37,282 nucleotides of DNA, taken from IMG/VR virus record IMGVR_UViG_2778261667_000009; one strand, given 5' to 3'. How positions within the stretch are numbered: position 1 is the first letter of the stretch; each line of letters opens with the position of its first letter. The notes beneath the pieces are model-generated. The model was given only the letters and a program-made list of their open reading frames with translations. It was not told the DNA's origin and did no database searches. Of this stretch, positions 11,869 through 21,821 are shown piece by piece. A program made the position numbers and the translations under genes. The DNA comes from a virus. Lineage: Duplodnaviria > Heunggongvirae > Uroviricota > Caudoviricetes.

Positions 11869-13122
11869 TTACTGCCCGGCAATAACGATGCCCGTATATT
11901 CAGGAACAAGTACAGAGCAACCGTACAGAGTGGTGAAACGAGCAGTGGTTACGCCTTTGATGTGGTCGAAGGCGTAAGACATGATCAGCGTAGCGCCCTG
12001 CTCGGTGGTTGCTGTCATTACCTGTGGCCCCTGACCAGTCGGGAATGCCAGTTTGCCGTACATCAGTTCAACAGAACCATCAGCCCAGAACAGGTTAGCC
12101 GGTGCTGCGTTCTTGTTGAGAATGGTGATTGCTGCTGATTCTGCCGGTTTGGCATCGACGTTTGCATATGGACGACTCGCAACATCAGTATTTTCAACAG
12201 GGAGAATCTTTGGAGAAATTGTTACGGTAGTTCCGCTAACAGCCAGAACACGGAATACCTGCGGTTGACCGGTGGTATCTTTTGTGATCTGGTGTACGGA
12301 ATTCACACCGGCAATGGTGAACGCATCACCAACCTGCAAGCCAGATGCAGATACCGTAATAGTCCCCTGTCGGTTATCAACTGGCATACCATTTGAATCT
12401 TTCGCTTCAACCTTGTGTTCAGGTTGGCCTGATACTGTCAAGGATTCAGTGCTTCCTTTCGGTAATCGACCAGAAATATCGGTCTTGTAGCTATCAAAGG
12501 AAGCAACCGGAGGGATCTGCGCTTTTTCGTATGCTGTCAGGGTTGCGCCCTGAGCATAGGCACGGTGACCAAGCTCGCCAGCAAGGTCTTTGTAGTTGAA
12601 GGGGTTCCAGAAAGAGCGACGGTTGATACCCTGCGGTACACCTATCGCCGTCATGGTGGCATCAATACCTGCCGCACAGTTCCACAAATCACGGCCCTGT
12701 GTACCTGTGGTTGAGTCAGCCATCGTGATCACGTTAGTAGCACGCTGCGTAACCATGGAAATCAGGTCAGAGTCAATCTGTGCAGCAAGGCGCATACCTG
12801 CGGCTCGACCAGCTTCAGTTTTATGTTCCGGGTCACGCATTTCACGCGCATCCAGAGTGTACAGAATGTTTTTCGGCTCCTTGAACACAGAAGGAACAAG
12901 GCGCTGAACCAGTGCTGTTGGCGTTTTGCTGCTGAGATCGAGGCCTTCCTCAATGTTCATGTGGTAATGCTGCGGACGATACAGAACATCACCTGCTCGC
13001 TGCATTGCGGTATCACCGGGACGGAATTTTTTAGCGTTACGGGAAACTACGCAGGCGGCCTCAAAGCCTTCAACGTAGTTTTCGAACATGATTTCAAGGT
13101 CTTTTGCTAATTGGTTAGCCAT
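11869..13122 (-). CDS. Major capsid (coat) protein, P22 gp5-family (Sf6/CUS-3-like variant)
   Basis: 417 aa, after scaffold and before gp4; shares patches with P22 coat (e.g. NLFWADGSVEL vs NVFWADDAIRI). Confidence 0.8.
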   Translation of the reverse strand: MANQLAKDLEIMFENYVEGFEAACVVSRNAKKFRPGDTAMQRAGDVLYRPQHYHMNIEEGLDLSSKTPTALVQRLVPSVFKEPKNILYTLDAREMRDPEHKTEAGRAAGMRLAAQIDSDLISMVTQRATNVITMADSTTGTQGRDLWNCAAGIDATMTAIGVPQGINRRSFWNPFNYKDLAGELGHRAYAQGATLTAYEKAQIPPVASFDSYKTDISGRLPKGSTESLTVSGQPEHKVEAKDSNGMPVDNRQGTITVSASGLQVGDAFTIAGVNSVHQITKDTTGQPQVFRVLAVSGTTVTISPKILPVENTDVASRPYANVDAKPAESAAITILNKNAAPANLFWADGSVELMYGKLAFPTGQGPQVMTATTEQGATLIMSYAFDHIKGVTTARFTTLYGCSVLVPEYTGIVIAGQ

Positions 13123-13140
13123 GCTTAATGCTCCGATAGG

Positions 13141-14034
13141 TTATTTTTTTGCCTTTTTAGCGGCGAAATACGGCGTCCAGTCACCAGTTTCCAGCGCCCT
13201 GGCTTTCAATTTGTCGAGGTTGTTGATTACTGCGCCGTTGCTCCCCTTAACTGTCGGGGTTGTGGCTGCCGTGGTTTTTGCTTTTGGCATGATTCTGGCT
13301 TTCGATTCGATACGTTCCAGCAGACGACCAATTGCTACGGGGTTGGTAGCTTCTGCCAGTTGCTTGCGCAGTTCAGCGTTGCGACCTAGTGCCAGAACAA
13401 CGATTTCCGGCTTCTCTGACTCAAACAGGATCGCGTTTTGTGTCTCGATGGGGATTTCCTCGAGTACGGCCTGCTCAGCTTCCTGATAGCCAGGAACTTT
13501 GAGAGCCTTAACACGTTGCTGATATTTGGATAATCGCTCTTGATAGGCAGCCTGAAGCTCCTGCTCCTTCTGCTTGCGAGCCATCTCCTGTTGCTGGTAC
13601 TTGCCGTTATCCTCTGCCCACTTAGCCATGCGTTGCTGGTAGATTTCTTCATCGAAACCGATGTCCTCATCGTCCAGTTTTGGCATTCGCGGTGGTTGAG
13701 TGATTACCGGCTGCTGCTCGACGGGTTTCTGAGACTGACGCATCAGCTCTTTCAGCTCGCGGTCTTTCTCTTTAATCGTCTTGCGCAGGTGTTTTACCAG
13801 TCCATGCTCTGCGCCATCTTCGCTGGTTGGCGAATCCAGCTTTTCGTCACCAAAGTAGAATTCCTGTTCTGATTCGTCGTCATCAGTTTCAGTAGCTTCC
13901 TCTGCATCATTGCCGGAGGACTCACTGCCATCTTCTGTTTCGACTTCTTCAGCCAGTTCGACATCATCAGGAATCTGCTCTGACGCGTCGGTTTCGATTT
14001 CAACTTCTGGTGTGTTTTCTGCCATCTGGTCCAT
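13141..14034 (-). CDS. Scaffolding protein, P22 gp8-like
   Basis: 297 aa, highly acidic N-terminus, coiled-coil-like Gln/Glu/Lys-rich middle, basic C-terminus, between portal and coat. Confidence 0.75.
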   Translation of the reverse strand: MDQMAENTPEVEIETDASEQIPDDVELAEEVETEDGSESSGNDAEEATETDDDESEQEFYFGDEKLDSPTSEDGAEHGLVKHLRKTIKEKDRELKELMRQSQKPVEQQPVITQPPRMPKLDDEDIGFDEEIYQQRMAKWAEDNGKYQQQEMARKQKEQELQAAYQERLSKYQQRVKALKVPGYQEAEQAVLEEIPIETQNAILFESEKPEIVVLALGRNAELRKQLAEATNPVAIGRLLERIESKARIMPKAKTTAATTPTVKGSNGAVINNLDKLKARALETGDWTPYFAAKKAKK

Positions 14035-14139
14035 TTGTTACCCCTGTTTACTCGATGTTCAGCCCATCGGAAGGCAATAGGGTGCCAGGCCTCATAAAGA
14101 CAGCCATTGCACGTTATGGGTTAATTACTGCTGTGGTTG

Positions 14140-16323
14140 TTACTGAGTTGATTTTTGCAGGATGCTGCTGATGTCCATGCGCTGCGCATGGCCCTGTGCC
14201 TGACTTTTCAGGACAAGCTCTGCATCAGCACGGGCATTATCTCCTTGCTGTTGCTGGAACTGTCCGAGCAGTTTCAGAGCCTCGCGGATATCAGATTTCT
14301 GCTGACTATCGGCAGATGCGAGTATTTTCACAACATTTGCCGCTGCAACCTGAGCATCAGTCTGTGCCTGGAATGCTTTAACCTGAATGGCTGCCTGTTC
14401 GTTCTGCGCTTTCTGCAATTCAGCCTGACCAGCAAGAAGCTGACCTTGCGCTGCAACCATAGCCGGATCTGGCTGACTGGCCTGTTGTTGTTTCGCCTGT
14501 TCAACCATCTGCTGTTCTTCAGGCGTTCTCGGCTTGATAACGCCAGACAGAAGCAACTGATTGCGGTTGTATTCTTTCAGGTCGTCCATCCCTTCGCCGT
14601 CCATATTGTCGAGAATCATCGACGATACAAGGTCGTGCTTCGGCGTTCCTGGTGGGATAAGTGCCAGCATGGAAAGTAACGACTTAACCGTTGCATCACG
14701 GCGAGTAGCGAACGACTGACCGACATCGACAGTCACTTCATAGTTACCCTGCGAAAGGTCGTTAAGCGCGATAACCTGCCCTGTCTGACGGTCAACCACT
14801 TCACCAGTCATCAGCGCCACGTCATCGCTGCCGTCCTCATTAACGATACGCATCGGCGTATCACTGCCATAGACCTCACGCGCCATAGAAAGCCACACAA
14901 CGCCAGCGCGGCGCATGGATTTAGCCATGTTGTCCATGTAGATATAGGACTGCGTGTCCATCCGGTTAAAAATGCTATCAACGGTATCGGTGGCGACGTT
15001 GCTCGGCATGTTCTCAAGCTGCGACGCACCTGTAATTTGCTGAATAGCCGTTCCGGTGTACTGCAATAGCCCGGCAAGAGCTGGAGGCATTTGTGTCGGA
15101 GGTGTCCAGCCAGCAACCTGAGCCTCTGAAATGACCGTTCCGTTTTTGTCCTTCTTGCTGGTCATGGGAAGAACTGCAGGTCTTTTCTTATTCCTCTCTG
15201 CCCAGTGATTCATTAATGGACCGGGAATGAAATCAACATCCACGATAGGAATGCCATCACCGCCAGCCTGAGTAGCGTTATCTGCAATCATGGAAACCAT
15301 CAGGTTCTCAAGACGCTGTGCATCCATCGCTTTTGCAGCGTGGCCTTCGATTCGCTCCTGATTATCAACAAATGAGCGACGCCCATATACCGGGATGAGA
15401 GGAATATGTTCACCCGGAATACGCTTCGGTTCTTCCAGCCATTCAGCGCCAGACAGAAGACCGCAATAAACGCGGCGCTTCTTCACCGTTCGCTCGCCAA
15501 TCAGTTCGAATGCACCATCGGTCAGCTCGTCGACAATATCTTTGATTTGCTCTTCATCATAGATTGCCGTTTCTCCGCTAACAGGGTTGCGCCACGCCGT
15601 GAGCTTCACCTTCTCTATGCGAACTTCGTAGTAGCGTCCAACATAGATGGCATCGGGCGTTGACCAGTCATATTGAGTGCCAGTGTCATCACGAGAAAGG
15701 CTTGCCGCGATGGAATCAGGGTATTCAGCCTCGAACGCTTTAGGCGTCATGGAGAACATTTCCATAGCCCACATAGCATCAGAGCGGTCATATTGCTTGC
15801 TGTCCTGATCGAAGAAGACGCATGTCGCTGGGTCGTAAACAGGAAGAAGACTGATGCGTCGCTGCTCGTTACTCGGATCCATTTCATCTTCGTAATCGGC
15901 ACACATGCGGAAACAACCGAATCCGCCCGTTACAGCATCATCAAATGCGTTATCACACGCTTCGCCACCGGATGTTTCCTGATAGTCAGCGCGGAATTTG
16001 CCGTTCATCTTTTCGGCTAACGCTTCCGATGCCTTATCGTCCTTCGGCCTGAATTTAACGCTTATGCGATTCTGTCGATACTCGCCAATGATGCGATCAC
16101 ATTCACGGGCAATCTTATTCAGTTCAAAGCGCGGGTAATGCTCAAACCTGCCTTCATCAAATGAGTAACCAGCGTTTGTGCTGCCTTCCCACTGTGCGCC
16201 GGACACCCGTACGAAACGTTGAGCCTCAATAATCTGCTCACGCATATCCTGCGTTGCTGACCAGGCATTATCAAAGTTGCACAGCACCTTGCGATGCCAG
16301 TCAGTCATCTTTTTTTCTGCCAT
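14140..16323 (-). CDS. Portal protein, P22 gp1-like
   Basis: 727 aa (P22 portal is ~725 aa), with a Gln/Ala-rich C-terminal barrel-like tail, after TerL. Confidence 0.85.
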   Translation of the reverse strand: MAEKKMTDWHRKVLCNFDNAWSATQDMREQIIEAQRFVRVSGAQWEGSTNAGYSFDEGRFEHYPRFELNKIARECDRIIGEYRQNRISVKFRPKDDKASEALAEKMNGKFRADYQETSGGEACDNAFDDAVTGGFGCFRMCADYEDEMDPSNEQRRISLLPVYDPATCVFFDQDSKQYDRSDAMWAMEMFSMTPKAFEAEYPDSIAASLSRDDTGTQYDWSTPDAIYVGRYYEVRIEKVKLTAWRNPVSGETAIYDEEQIKDIVDELTDGAFELIGERTVKKRRVYCGLLSGAEWLEEPKRIPGEHIPLIPVYGRRSFVDNQERIEGHAAKAMDAQRLENLMVSMIADNATQAGGDGIPIVDVDFIPGPLMNHWAERNKKRPAVLPMTSKKDKNGTVISEAQVAGWTPPTQMPPALAGLLQYTGTAIQQITGASQLENMPSNVATDTVDSIFNRMDTQSYIYMDNMAKSMRRAGVVWLSMAREVYGSDTPMRIVNEDGSDDVALMTGEVVDRQTGQVIALNDLSQGNYEVTVDVGQSFATRRDATVKSLLSMLALIPPGTPKHDLVSSMILDNMDGEGMDDLKEYNRNQLLLSGVIKPRTPEEQQMVEQAKQQQASQPDPAMVAAQGQLLAGQAELQKAQNEQAAIQVKAFQAQTDAQVAAANVVKILASADSQQKSDIREALKLLGQFQQQQGDNARADAELVLKSQAQGHAQRMDISSILQKSTQ

Positions 16324-16324
16324 A

Positions 16325-17740
16325 TCAACCTACACCACAAGGAATTGAGTAACTGGAATAGTCGGTTTGCGCAGCCGACTCCGGGCAATGCATACACATC
16401 ATCAGCGCATCAGCCAGGTTAGGAGATGGAATACCGAGCTTCTGCTTCATTTCGACCTTAGTCATAAGCTCCAGCTTCCCGTTGTTATTGAATTTGCGCT
16501 GAATCTGCGTCAGTTCTGCAAACAGCTTCTCCAGCATCTTCTCGCCTATCGCTTCTTTGTCGAAACTCAGCATGTCGTCGGGGTCTGCATACTCACCGTG
16601 GGCAACCGCCCGATATGTCAGATACAGCCTGTCAGCCAGCGCGTAATAGAATTGCGCTCGCTTATTGCGGAATACATCGCCAATAGTGCGAACGTTGTCG
16701 CCCTGTACGACTTCATCAGCCCATGCTCCGGCCTGATACGGAGCATCTTCATCGAATGGCGATTCGCTGCCCTTGAACATCGTGGCGGTGATTTTCTTGC
16801 CGGAGAACGCTTCCGTTGTCTGTCTGCGTAGCCCGGCACCAACACCATCACCATCCCACAGGTAATGGTCAGCACCGTCTTCAATCGCCAGCGAAGTTGC
16901 CCAGTCAGCACCTTCATTGATGTCCATCAGCAGACCTTCGGCAATGCGCTTAACAACCGAACCGTGACGCGATGCATAACCTTTAGCATCCGGCCCTGTA
17001 TCTGACGGGTCATGCGCAGAGACAACAGCGCCTTTCGCTTTCCATCCGAGTTTCTTGTGCGCATCGGTTGCGGCTTCAAGCCATTCACGTTTGATGATTG
17101 CCATATCACTTGCGCTTACTGGCTCACCAAGCCAGATGTGACGATACAGTGTCGGGTTTCTGCGTTTACACTCTTCCATCTCCAGACGGAGAACTTCAGG
17201 AAAGTGCGGGTTGTCGGTGTAGTTCACCGTCAGCAGACAAATATCATCAGGAGGATTTACGACGAATCGCTGATAGGTATCGTCGAGGATGTTCTTCGGG
17301 TTAAAGCTCACCCATATTTCAGAGAACGGCTTACGGATGGTTGGTATCAGGATATCCCATGATTCCTTCGTTACCGCCTCCGCTTCTTCCACCCAGCAGA
17401 TATCAATACCTTCGAGCGATTTAATCTTCGTCGGGTTGTTTTTGATGCCGTAGAACATGAATTCAGCATTCGTTCCGAGATGACGAATCATTGAACGCTG
17501 AATTTCAAACTCAGCCGAATACCCTTCACGCTCGATGGTATCTTCAAGCAACCGGATTACCGAATCGCTGATACTGTTTTGCAGTTCACGAGCGCAGAGA
17601 ATACGCACAGGCTGCCGACGCGCCGCTTCAACAAGCAGCCTCGCAATTGCCCATGACTTACCGCTACCTCGACCGCCTTTGGCAACTTTGTAGCGATGCG
17701 CCTCAATGAACGGTTCAAAGATAGGATTAATCGAGGTCAT
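16325..17740 (-). CDS. Terminase large subunit
   Basis: 471 aa; Walker A-like VAKGGRGSGKSW near the N-terminus and a nuclease-like C-terminal half; Sf6-type size. Confidence 0.85.
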   Translation of the reverse strand: MTSINPIFEPFIEAHRYKVAKGGRGSGKSWAIARLLVEAARRQPVRILCARELQNSISDSVIRLLEDTIEREGYSAEFEIQRSMIRHLGTNAEFMFYGIKNNPTKIKSLEGIDICWVEEAEAVTKESWDILIPTIRKPFSEIWVSFNPKNILDDTYQRFVVNPPDDICLLTVNYTDNPHFPEVLRLEMEECKRRNPTLYRHIWLGEPVSASDMAIIKREWLEAATDAHKKLGWKAKGAVVSAHDPSDTGPDAKGYASRHGSVVKRIAEGLLMDINEGADWATSLAIEDGADHYLWDGDGVGAGLRRQTTEAFSGKKITATMFKGSESPFDEDAPYQAGAWADEVVQGDNVRTIGDVFRNKRAQFYYALADRLYLTYRAVAHGEYADPDDMLSFDKEAIGEKMLEKLFAELTQIQRKFNNNGKLELMTKVEMKQKLGIPSPNLADALMMCMHCPESAAQTDYSSYSIPCGVG

Positions 17741-18177
17741 TTTCCGAATAGAGTGCTCATCGGTGATGTTTCAATCTGAATTGCGCCGCCGTCTTTGCCT
17801 GTTAGCTCGTGATCAACCTTGTCGCGCCATTTATCCTTCTGTCGGTTCTTAAGCCAGAAGATGGCAGCGGTTGTATCAGGCGGGTAATGCTTCTCAAGCG
17901 GAGTTTCGACAATTCTGTTTTCAATAACACGAATATCGATATCTGGAGCCACGAAGCCCATAGCGCGTTGATAAAGACGATCACTAACTTCTGCATCAGC
18001 GACGGCCTTACCCTTTTTTATGGACTCCGAAAACTTAGGATAATCAAGCTTCCACTTGTTAATAGTTGACTCACTGACTTCAAAGAAATCAGCAAGTTCT
18101 GCATCGGTGTAGCCCAGCAAGCACAGTTTGCGTGCCTGTTCGGCATACGCCTCTTGATACTTTGTTGGGCGCGCCAT
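17737..18177 (-). CDS. Terminase small subunit (HTH-containing)
   Basis: 146 aa with N-terminal HTH-like GYTDAELADFFEVSESTINKW; stop overlaps the TerL start. Confidence 0.6.
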   Translation of the reverse strand: MARPTKYQEAYAEQARKLCLLGYTDAELADFFEVSESTINKWKLDYPKFSESIKKGKAVADAEVSDRLYQRAMGFVAPDIDIRVIENRIVETPLEKHYPPDTTAAIFWLKNRQKDKWRDKVDHELTGKDGGAIQIETSPMSTLFGK

Positions 18178-18179
18178 GT

Positions 18180-18422
18180 TTATGCTCCGGTGGTGAACAG
18201 GTCTAACGCTTCCTTCGATTTACGCACCGCTTCGATAGTGCGGGTCGTGATATCTGAATTAGCGCCGCCTGACTGGAAGTGAATTTTGAATAGCTCAAGC
18301 TTCAGCTCGTCAGTGCCAATGAACTGAAATGCTTCCTCTGCGGCTGCGTTCTGGTTCATGACCAGTTTGTAAATCTCTAGCTGGAATTTCTGTTCTTCAG
18401 TCATGGGAATAATCTCTGCCAT
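18180..18422 (-). CDS. Hypothetical protein
   Basis: 80-aa ORF packed between upstream ORF and TerS; no family recognised. Confidence 0.35.
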   Translation of the reverse strand: MAEIIPMTEEQKFQLEIYKLVMNQNAAAEEAFQFIGTDELKLELFKIHFQSGGANSDITTRTIEAVRKSKEALDLFTTGA

Positions 18423-18521
18423 TGTTGGCTCCGTTTATCCGTTAAAAGGGATATCAGTTAAGTTATCCCGTGTAGGGTATAAGCCATTATCAAGCCCACC
18501 AGTAGATGGGCTTTGTAATGG

Positions 18522-18779
18522 CTACTTCGCTTTTGCTTCCGCTCGCTTACGCCGGCGCTCTTCTTTCCTCTCGGCTTTTGCCATGTCCATGAATGCCTGC
18601 ATGATCGAGTTCCGCATCATGTAGCTAACAAAGTGATGATTGACACAGCCGTTGAGGCGCAGCTGCTCGCCAAACTCATCCACCGAGGCCAATGCTTCCA
18701 TCATGCCCTTCTCGCCTTTCATGAACTCTGAGAAGTCGCGCCCCGCTCTGGAGGCGCATTCAATGACACGATCACTCAT
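18522..18779 (-). CDS. Hypothetical protein with basic C-terminal tail
   Basis: 85 aa, ends ...AKAERKEERRRKRAEAKAK; start overlaps the stop of the KilA-N-like gene. Confidence 0.35.
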   Translation of the reverse strand: MSDRVIECASRAGRDFSEFMKGEKGMMEALASVDEFGEQLRLNGCVNHHFVSYMMRNSIMQAFMDMAKAERKEERRRKRAEAKAK

Positions 18780-19273
18780 CCCGGAAGCCCGGGGATCGTT
18801 ATCTGCAGCTGGTTAGCCAGGGAGTTAATCTCAGCGACCAACACTGGCTTCGTATAGCGCCATGCCGCCAGCCCTTGTCCACAGAAGCTCGCCATATCTT
18901 TTTTCTGATCAAACTCATGACACTTCATATTGAGCTGCGCACTTAAGCTGTTACGATGCTGAAGTTCTCCGGTGAAGTAGTCATCCAGGACTTTATAGGC
19001 TGCATATTTAAATCCGGGGTTTAGCCATGCTGCATAATCATAAGCAACAAACTTCCCGCCATATGTTCCACCGTGTACACCGCGCTCAGTAAAAACCACA
19101 GATTCGTGGTTTTTCTCCAGCTCGGCTAAGAACTCTTTGGTCTGCTTGTTTCGCAGGTAGTGGTACGGAGATTCAGATTCACTTTTACCACTGGCTTTCC
19201 ACATATCAGTGAGGCAGATCATGCCATCTTCACCGATACGAATTGGTTGATTGAAGAGGGTTAATGATTTCAT
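18776..19273 (-). CDS. KilA-N domain-containing protein
   Basis: 165 aa; the pattern IRIGEDGMICLTDMWKASGK...GGTYGGKFVAYDYAAWLNPGFKYAAYKVL resembles the KilA-N/Bro-N DNA-binding fold. Confidence 0.55.
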   Translation of the reverse strand: MKSLTLFNQPIRIGEDGMICLTDMWKASGKSESESPYHYLRNKQTKEFLAELEKNHESVVFTERGVHGGTYGGKFVAYDYAAWLNPGFKYAAYKVLDDYFTGELQHRNSLSAQLNMKCHEFDQKKDMASFCGQGLAAWRYTKPVLVAEINSLANQLQITIPGLPG

Positions 19274-19419
19274 AGCGTGTACCTACTCTTTGAAATGAAC
19301 CTTTGCCGCACAGGAAACCAGCCCACCGAGGCTCGCCAGCACTAACTGGTATCCTCAAAGGCCCATTCCAAAGGGGCAGGTTCGGTGTAAAAAACATGCG
19401 TTGCGGTACGCATTTATTG

Positions 19420-19443
19420 CAAAAAGCCCCGCATCGCGAGGCT
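19420..19443 (-). terminator. Intrinsic terminator downstream of Rz
   Basis: Minus-strand hairpin AGCCTCGCG-atg-CGGGGCT followed by TTTTT, about 30 nt after the Rz stop. Confidence 0.45.
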
Positions 19444-19474
19444 CATTAAATTGACTTTGTGATTTGCAAAAAAA

Positions 19475-19912
19475 TTATTTCAGGCATTGCGTCCTGATGT
19501 ACTCCTGCAGGTAGTTAACCTGCGCGGTTATCCTGTCGATTCCACTTCTGAGACGGTAATAATTGAGTTCAGCATCTGCTGTAAGTCTTGGGCTTTCTCC
19601 ATCGCCCATGCTGCTGGCTCCGGTCGTTGACTTTGCACAGGTGGCGGCGACTTGCAGGCGCTTACGACCAGCAGAAACATCATCACGGAGACTTTCGATA
19701 GTCGCGTTAGCATCAGCAAGCTCCTTTGTATATCTGGCATCGAGTTCAGCTACATTACGTTGACGTTTCTGCATGTCAGCGATAATGGATGCGGCCTTAT
19801 CGCGCTGTTCTTTGTAGACGATGGCGTTATCACGGTAATGATTAACAGCCCATGACAGGCAGGCGATGATACAAATAACCAGAGCGGAGATAATCGCAGT
19901 TACTCTGCTCAT
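19475..19912 (-). CDS. Rz: Spanin, inner-membrane subunit (Rz)
   Basis: 145 aa with N-terminal TM helix and coiled-coil periplasmic domain; lambda Rz-like. Confidence 0.8.
   Translation of the reverse strand: MSRVTAIISALVICIIACLSWAVNHYRDNAIVYKEQRDKAASIIADMQKRQRNVAELDARYTKELADANATIESLRDDVSAGRKRLQVAATCAKSTTGASSMGDGESPRLTADAELNYYRLRSGIDRITAQVNYLQEYIRTQCLK
19528..19710 (-). CDS. Rz1: Spanin, outer-membrane lipoprotein subunit (Rz1), embedded in Rz
   Basis: +1 frame ORF inside Rz with a lipobox (LLVVSAC) and Pro-rich mature region ([16 protein letters not shown]). Confidence 0.65.
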   Translation of the reverse strand, partial: LTRLSKVSVMMFLLVVSACKSPPPVQSQRPEPAAWAMEKAQDLQQMLNSIITVSEVESTG

Positions 19913-20385
19913 ACCTCAATCTCACTGACCGTTCCGCCTGCTTCTTTGAATTTTGCAATCAGGCTGTCAACTTTATGCTCGAACTGACCATAACCAGCGC
20001 CCGGCAGTGAAGCCCATATATTACTGCAACGATCGATAGCCTGACGGATATCACCGCGATCAATCATCGGTAAAGCGCCACGCTCCTTAATCTGCTGCAG
20101 TGCAACAGCGTCCTGGCTTTTCGGAGAGAAGTCTTTCAGGCCAAGCTGCTTGCGGTAGGCATCCCACCAACGGGAAAGAAGCTGGTAACGTCCAGCTGCG
20201 GTTGATTTAAGTTGCGGGTTTAGCGTGACAAGTTTGCGAGGATGATCGGAGTAATCCGTGAATAGCTCACCACCTACAATAACGTCGTAGCCGTGATTGC
20301 GGGTTGGCTGTCTGCTGTTATCCGTTCCTTCTGACCACGCCAACATATCGAGGAAAGCTTTACGCTGAGGATTAAGATTTTGCAT
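19909..20385 (-). CDS. R: Endolysin, lambda R-type lytic transglycosylase
   Basis: 158 aa, [17 protein letters not shown]...[22 protein letters not shown]..., near-identical to lambda R as I remember it. Confidence 0.9.
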   Translation of the reverse strand: MQNLNPQRKAFLDMLAWSEGTDNSRQPTRNHGYDVIVGGELFTDYSDHPRKLVTLNPQLKSTAAGRYQLLSRWWDAYRKQLGLKDFSPKSQDAVALQQIKERGALPMIDRGDIRQAIDRCSNIWASLPGAGYGQFEHKVDSLIAKFKEAGGTVSEIEV

Positions 20386-20689
20386 TTTTCACCCCTGTCA
20401 GTCGTTCCCAGAAGTACGTCAGTGCAACCGAACCCATCGCACCACTAATCCCCGCCGTCGCGAGAATCATGTAAATGCTGAATCCACTTTCGATACTGAT
20501 CAGGCCACCAATAACACCGGTGAATCCCGATACCACTATCTGAGCCAGAGCATTTATCCAGCTCCACGTTGCTTTACTCTGCTTCACATCTATCAGGTAG
20601 CGGACCAGACCGCCCCAACCTGCGATGATCAGCAAAACGAGCCAGAACGCTCCGGCAAGGCTCTCTTTTTCGTGCATATGAATAGCCAA
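20372..20689 (-). CDS. Holin (class I-like, three TM helices, dual-start motif)
   Basis: 105 aa; MAIHMHEK has two Mets separated by a Lys-containing spacer, followed by 3 predicted TM helices and a charged C-terminus; immediately upstream of the endolysin. Confidence 0.65.
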   Translation of the reverse strand: MAIHMHEKESLAGAFWLVLLIIAGWGGLVRYLIDVKQSKATWSWINALAQIVVSGFTGVIGGLISIESGFSIYMILATAGISGAMGSVALTYFWERLTGVKNAKS

Positions 20690-20790
20690 TGTTTCGCCGC
20701 CGACAAAAGGCCGGGACGTTAAATGTCAGAAATTAGGCTCACGGGGTAATTTAACGACAAAGCACGGAGTTGATGCTCCCCGCAAGCCTG

Positions 20791-20816
20791 GAATAAAAAA
20801 GCCAGCATGTAGCTGG
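20791..20816 (-). terminator. tR'-like intrinsic terminator of the late leader (6S-like RNA)
   Basis: Minus-strand hairpin GCCAGC-TACAT-GCTGGC followed by TTTTTTATT, ~190 nt downstream of the candidate late promoter. Confidence 0.55.
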
Positions 20817-20889
20817 CAACAGAGGGTTAAGCAATATCAACTCAACAGCTGAAGACACCCTGGCTGGGGTAGGTTGGAAGGTTACTCAC

Positions 20890-20931
20890 CGTCCAGAAAC
20901 AGAAAAGCCCAAGGCTTTAAACCTCGGGCTT
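20890..20931 (-). terminator. Promoter-proximal hairpin/terminator-like element in the late leader
   Basis: Minus-strand 10-bp stem AAGCCCGAGG/CCTTGGGCTT with one G-U pair, loop TTTAAAG, followed by TTCTGTTTCTGG. Confidence 0.35.
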
Positions 20932-20979
20932 GAATTTGGATTACTGCCAGTGCGTACACCATTGACAGAATATCAGATT

Positions 20980-21015
20980 TACATGAAATATATGCCTTTT
21001 AATCCAGTTTTGCAA
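20980..21015 (-). promoter_or_regulatory. Candidate late promoter PR' (-35 TTGCAA, 17-nt spacer, -10 TATATT)
   Basis: Minus-strand sigma70-like hexamers overlapping the Q stop; the predicted start gives a ~190-nt leader ending at the 20791-20816 terminator. Confidence 0.4.
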
Positions 21016-21688
21016 TACTTTGCTGTGAAAATGTCGCCTTTTGCTTTGAACGTGTTTTCGTTAAAAGCAATAAAGCTTGGCTATCAAGCTGTAGAAAAAT
21101 GTGCTTCATTGCAACCCAGCGTTCAGTAAATGTCTCAGACCAGTTTTTTGATGTCACTCCCACCAGTAATGCCAGCTCCTGGTATTCATAGGTCTTACGC
21201 CCTGCCAGCTCGTTCTTCACATCCTGTGCCGCCAGCCAGATCAACTTCTTTAAGCGTTCCAGTGTCTTACTGGCAATTTTTCTTGTACCTAACAGCGCCT
21301 TAAACTCGCTCCATGCCCACTGCGTTATGGCAACCTGATGCTCCCAGCGAATATTTTCACTGTAACTCCACAGCAACCACGCTTTCTGATGTTCATCGAG
21401 AGACAAAATCGCACGCCGCCACGAAGAGGTTGAAAACTCGACCAAACTGACCAGGGCGACAGATGAACCTTTTGCGTACGACTGTTTACCGGAAATCGGC
21501 GGATTATCCAGCGTAATCATCTTGCCAGTTACCACATCCAGAATGCGCGGCTTCTTTCGTTTGTATGTACCAGTATCAAATTGTGCATGCTCCAGCCAGG
21601 CTTCAAACTGGCCTTTCGTTGCTCCGCTCAAATCAGCGGTAGCCACCATGAGTTGCTCGCGGACATACTGTAAATATTGGGTATTCAT
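20999..21688 (-). CDS. Late-gene antiterminator, Q-like (large variant)
   Basis: 229 aa, directly upstream of the late promoter/6S-like leader and holin, and downstream of ylcG/rusA as quuD is in DLP12. Family inferred mainly from position. Confidence 0.55.
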   Translation of the reverse strand: MNTQYLQYVREQLMVATADLSGATKGQFEAWLEHAQFDTGTYKRKKPRILDVVTGKMITLDNPPISGKQSYAKGSSVALVSLVEFSTSSWRRAILSLDEHQKAWLLWSYSENIRWEHQVAITQWAWSEFKALLGTRKIASKTLERLKKLIWLAAQDVKNELAGRKTYEYQELALLVGVTSKNWSETFTERWVAMKHIFLQLDSQALLLLTKTRSKQKATFSQQSIAKLD

Positions 21689-21807
21689 GCGGCAGCTCCT
21701 TTCAGTGTTTTGGCGTAATTCCTCAGTATTCGGTAATCGGTCAAAACAGAACCGGGGAAACGATATAAGCGCAGGCGCATCCAGCAGTGGCGAAGAAGCT
21801 CTGCCAT
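21685..21807 (-). CDS. ylcG: YlcG-like small protein
   Basis: 40-aa ORF MAELLRHCWMRLRLYRFPGSVLTDYRILRNYAKTLKGAAA, resembling E. coli DLP12 YlcG; stop overlaps the Q start. Not in the supplied ORF track (under 60 aa). Confidence 0.5.
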   Translation of the reverse strand: MAELLRHCWMRLRLYRFPGSVLTDYRILRNYAKTLKGAAA

Positions 21808-21821
21808 ATAAAACTCAAACA

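Noticed and set aside
14155-14679. 174-aa plus-strand ORF inside the portal gene
   Set aside because: Antisense shadow ORF with low-complexity translation; the portal on the opposite strand is strongly supported.
19395-19412. Inverted repeat ATGCGT-tgcggt-ACGCAT between Rz and the KilA-N-like gene as an operator
   Set aside because: Short 6-bp arms, no cognate regulator identified; may be part of the terminator region.
20940-21000. Plus-strand TTGACA at 20961-20966 as a rightward promoter
   Set aside because: No acceptable -10 at 16-18 bp spacing and it would transcribe antisense into Q; probably chance.
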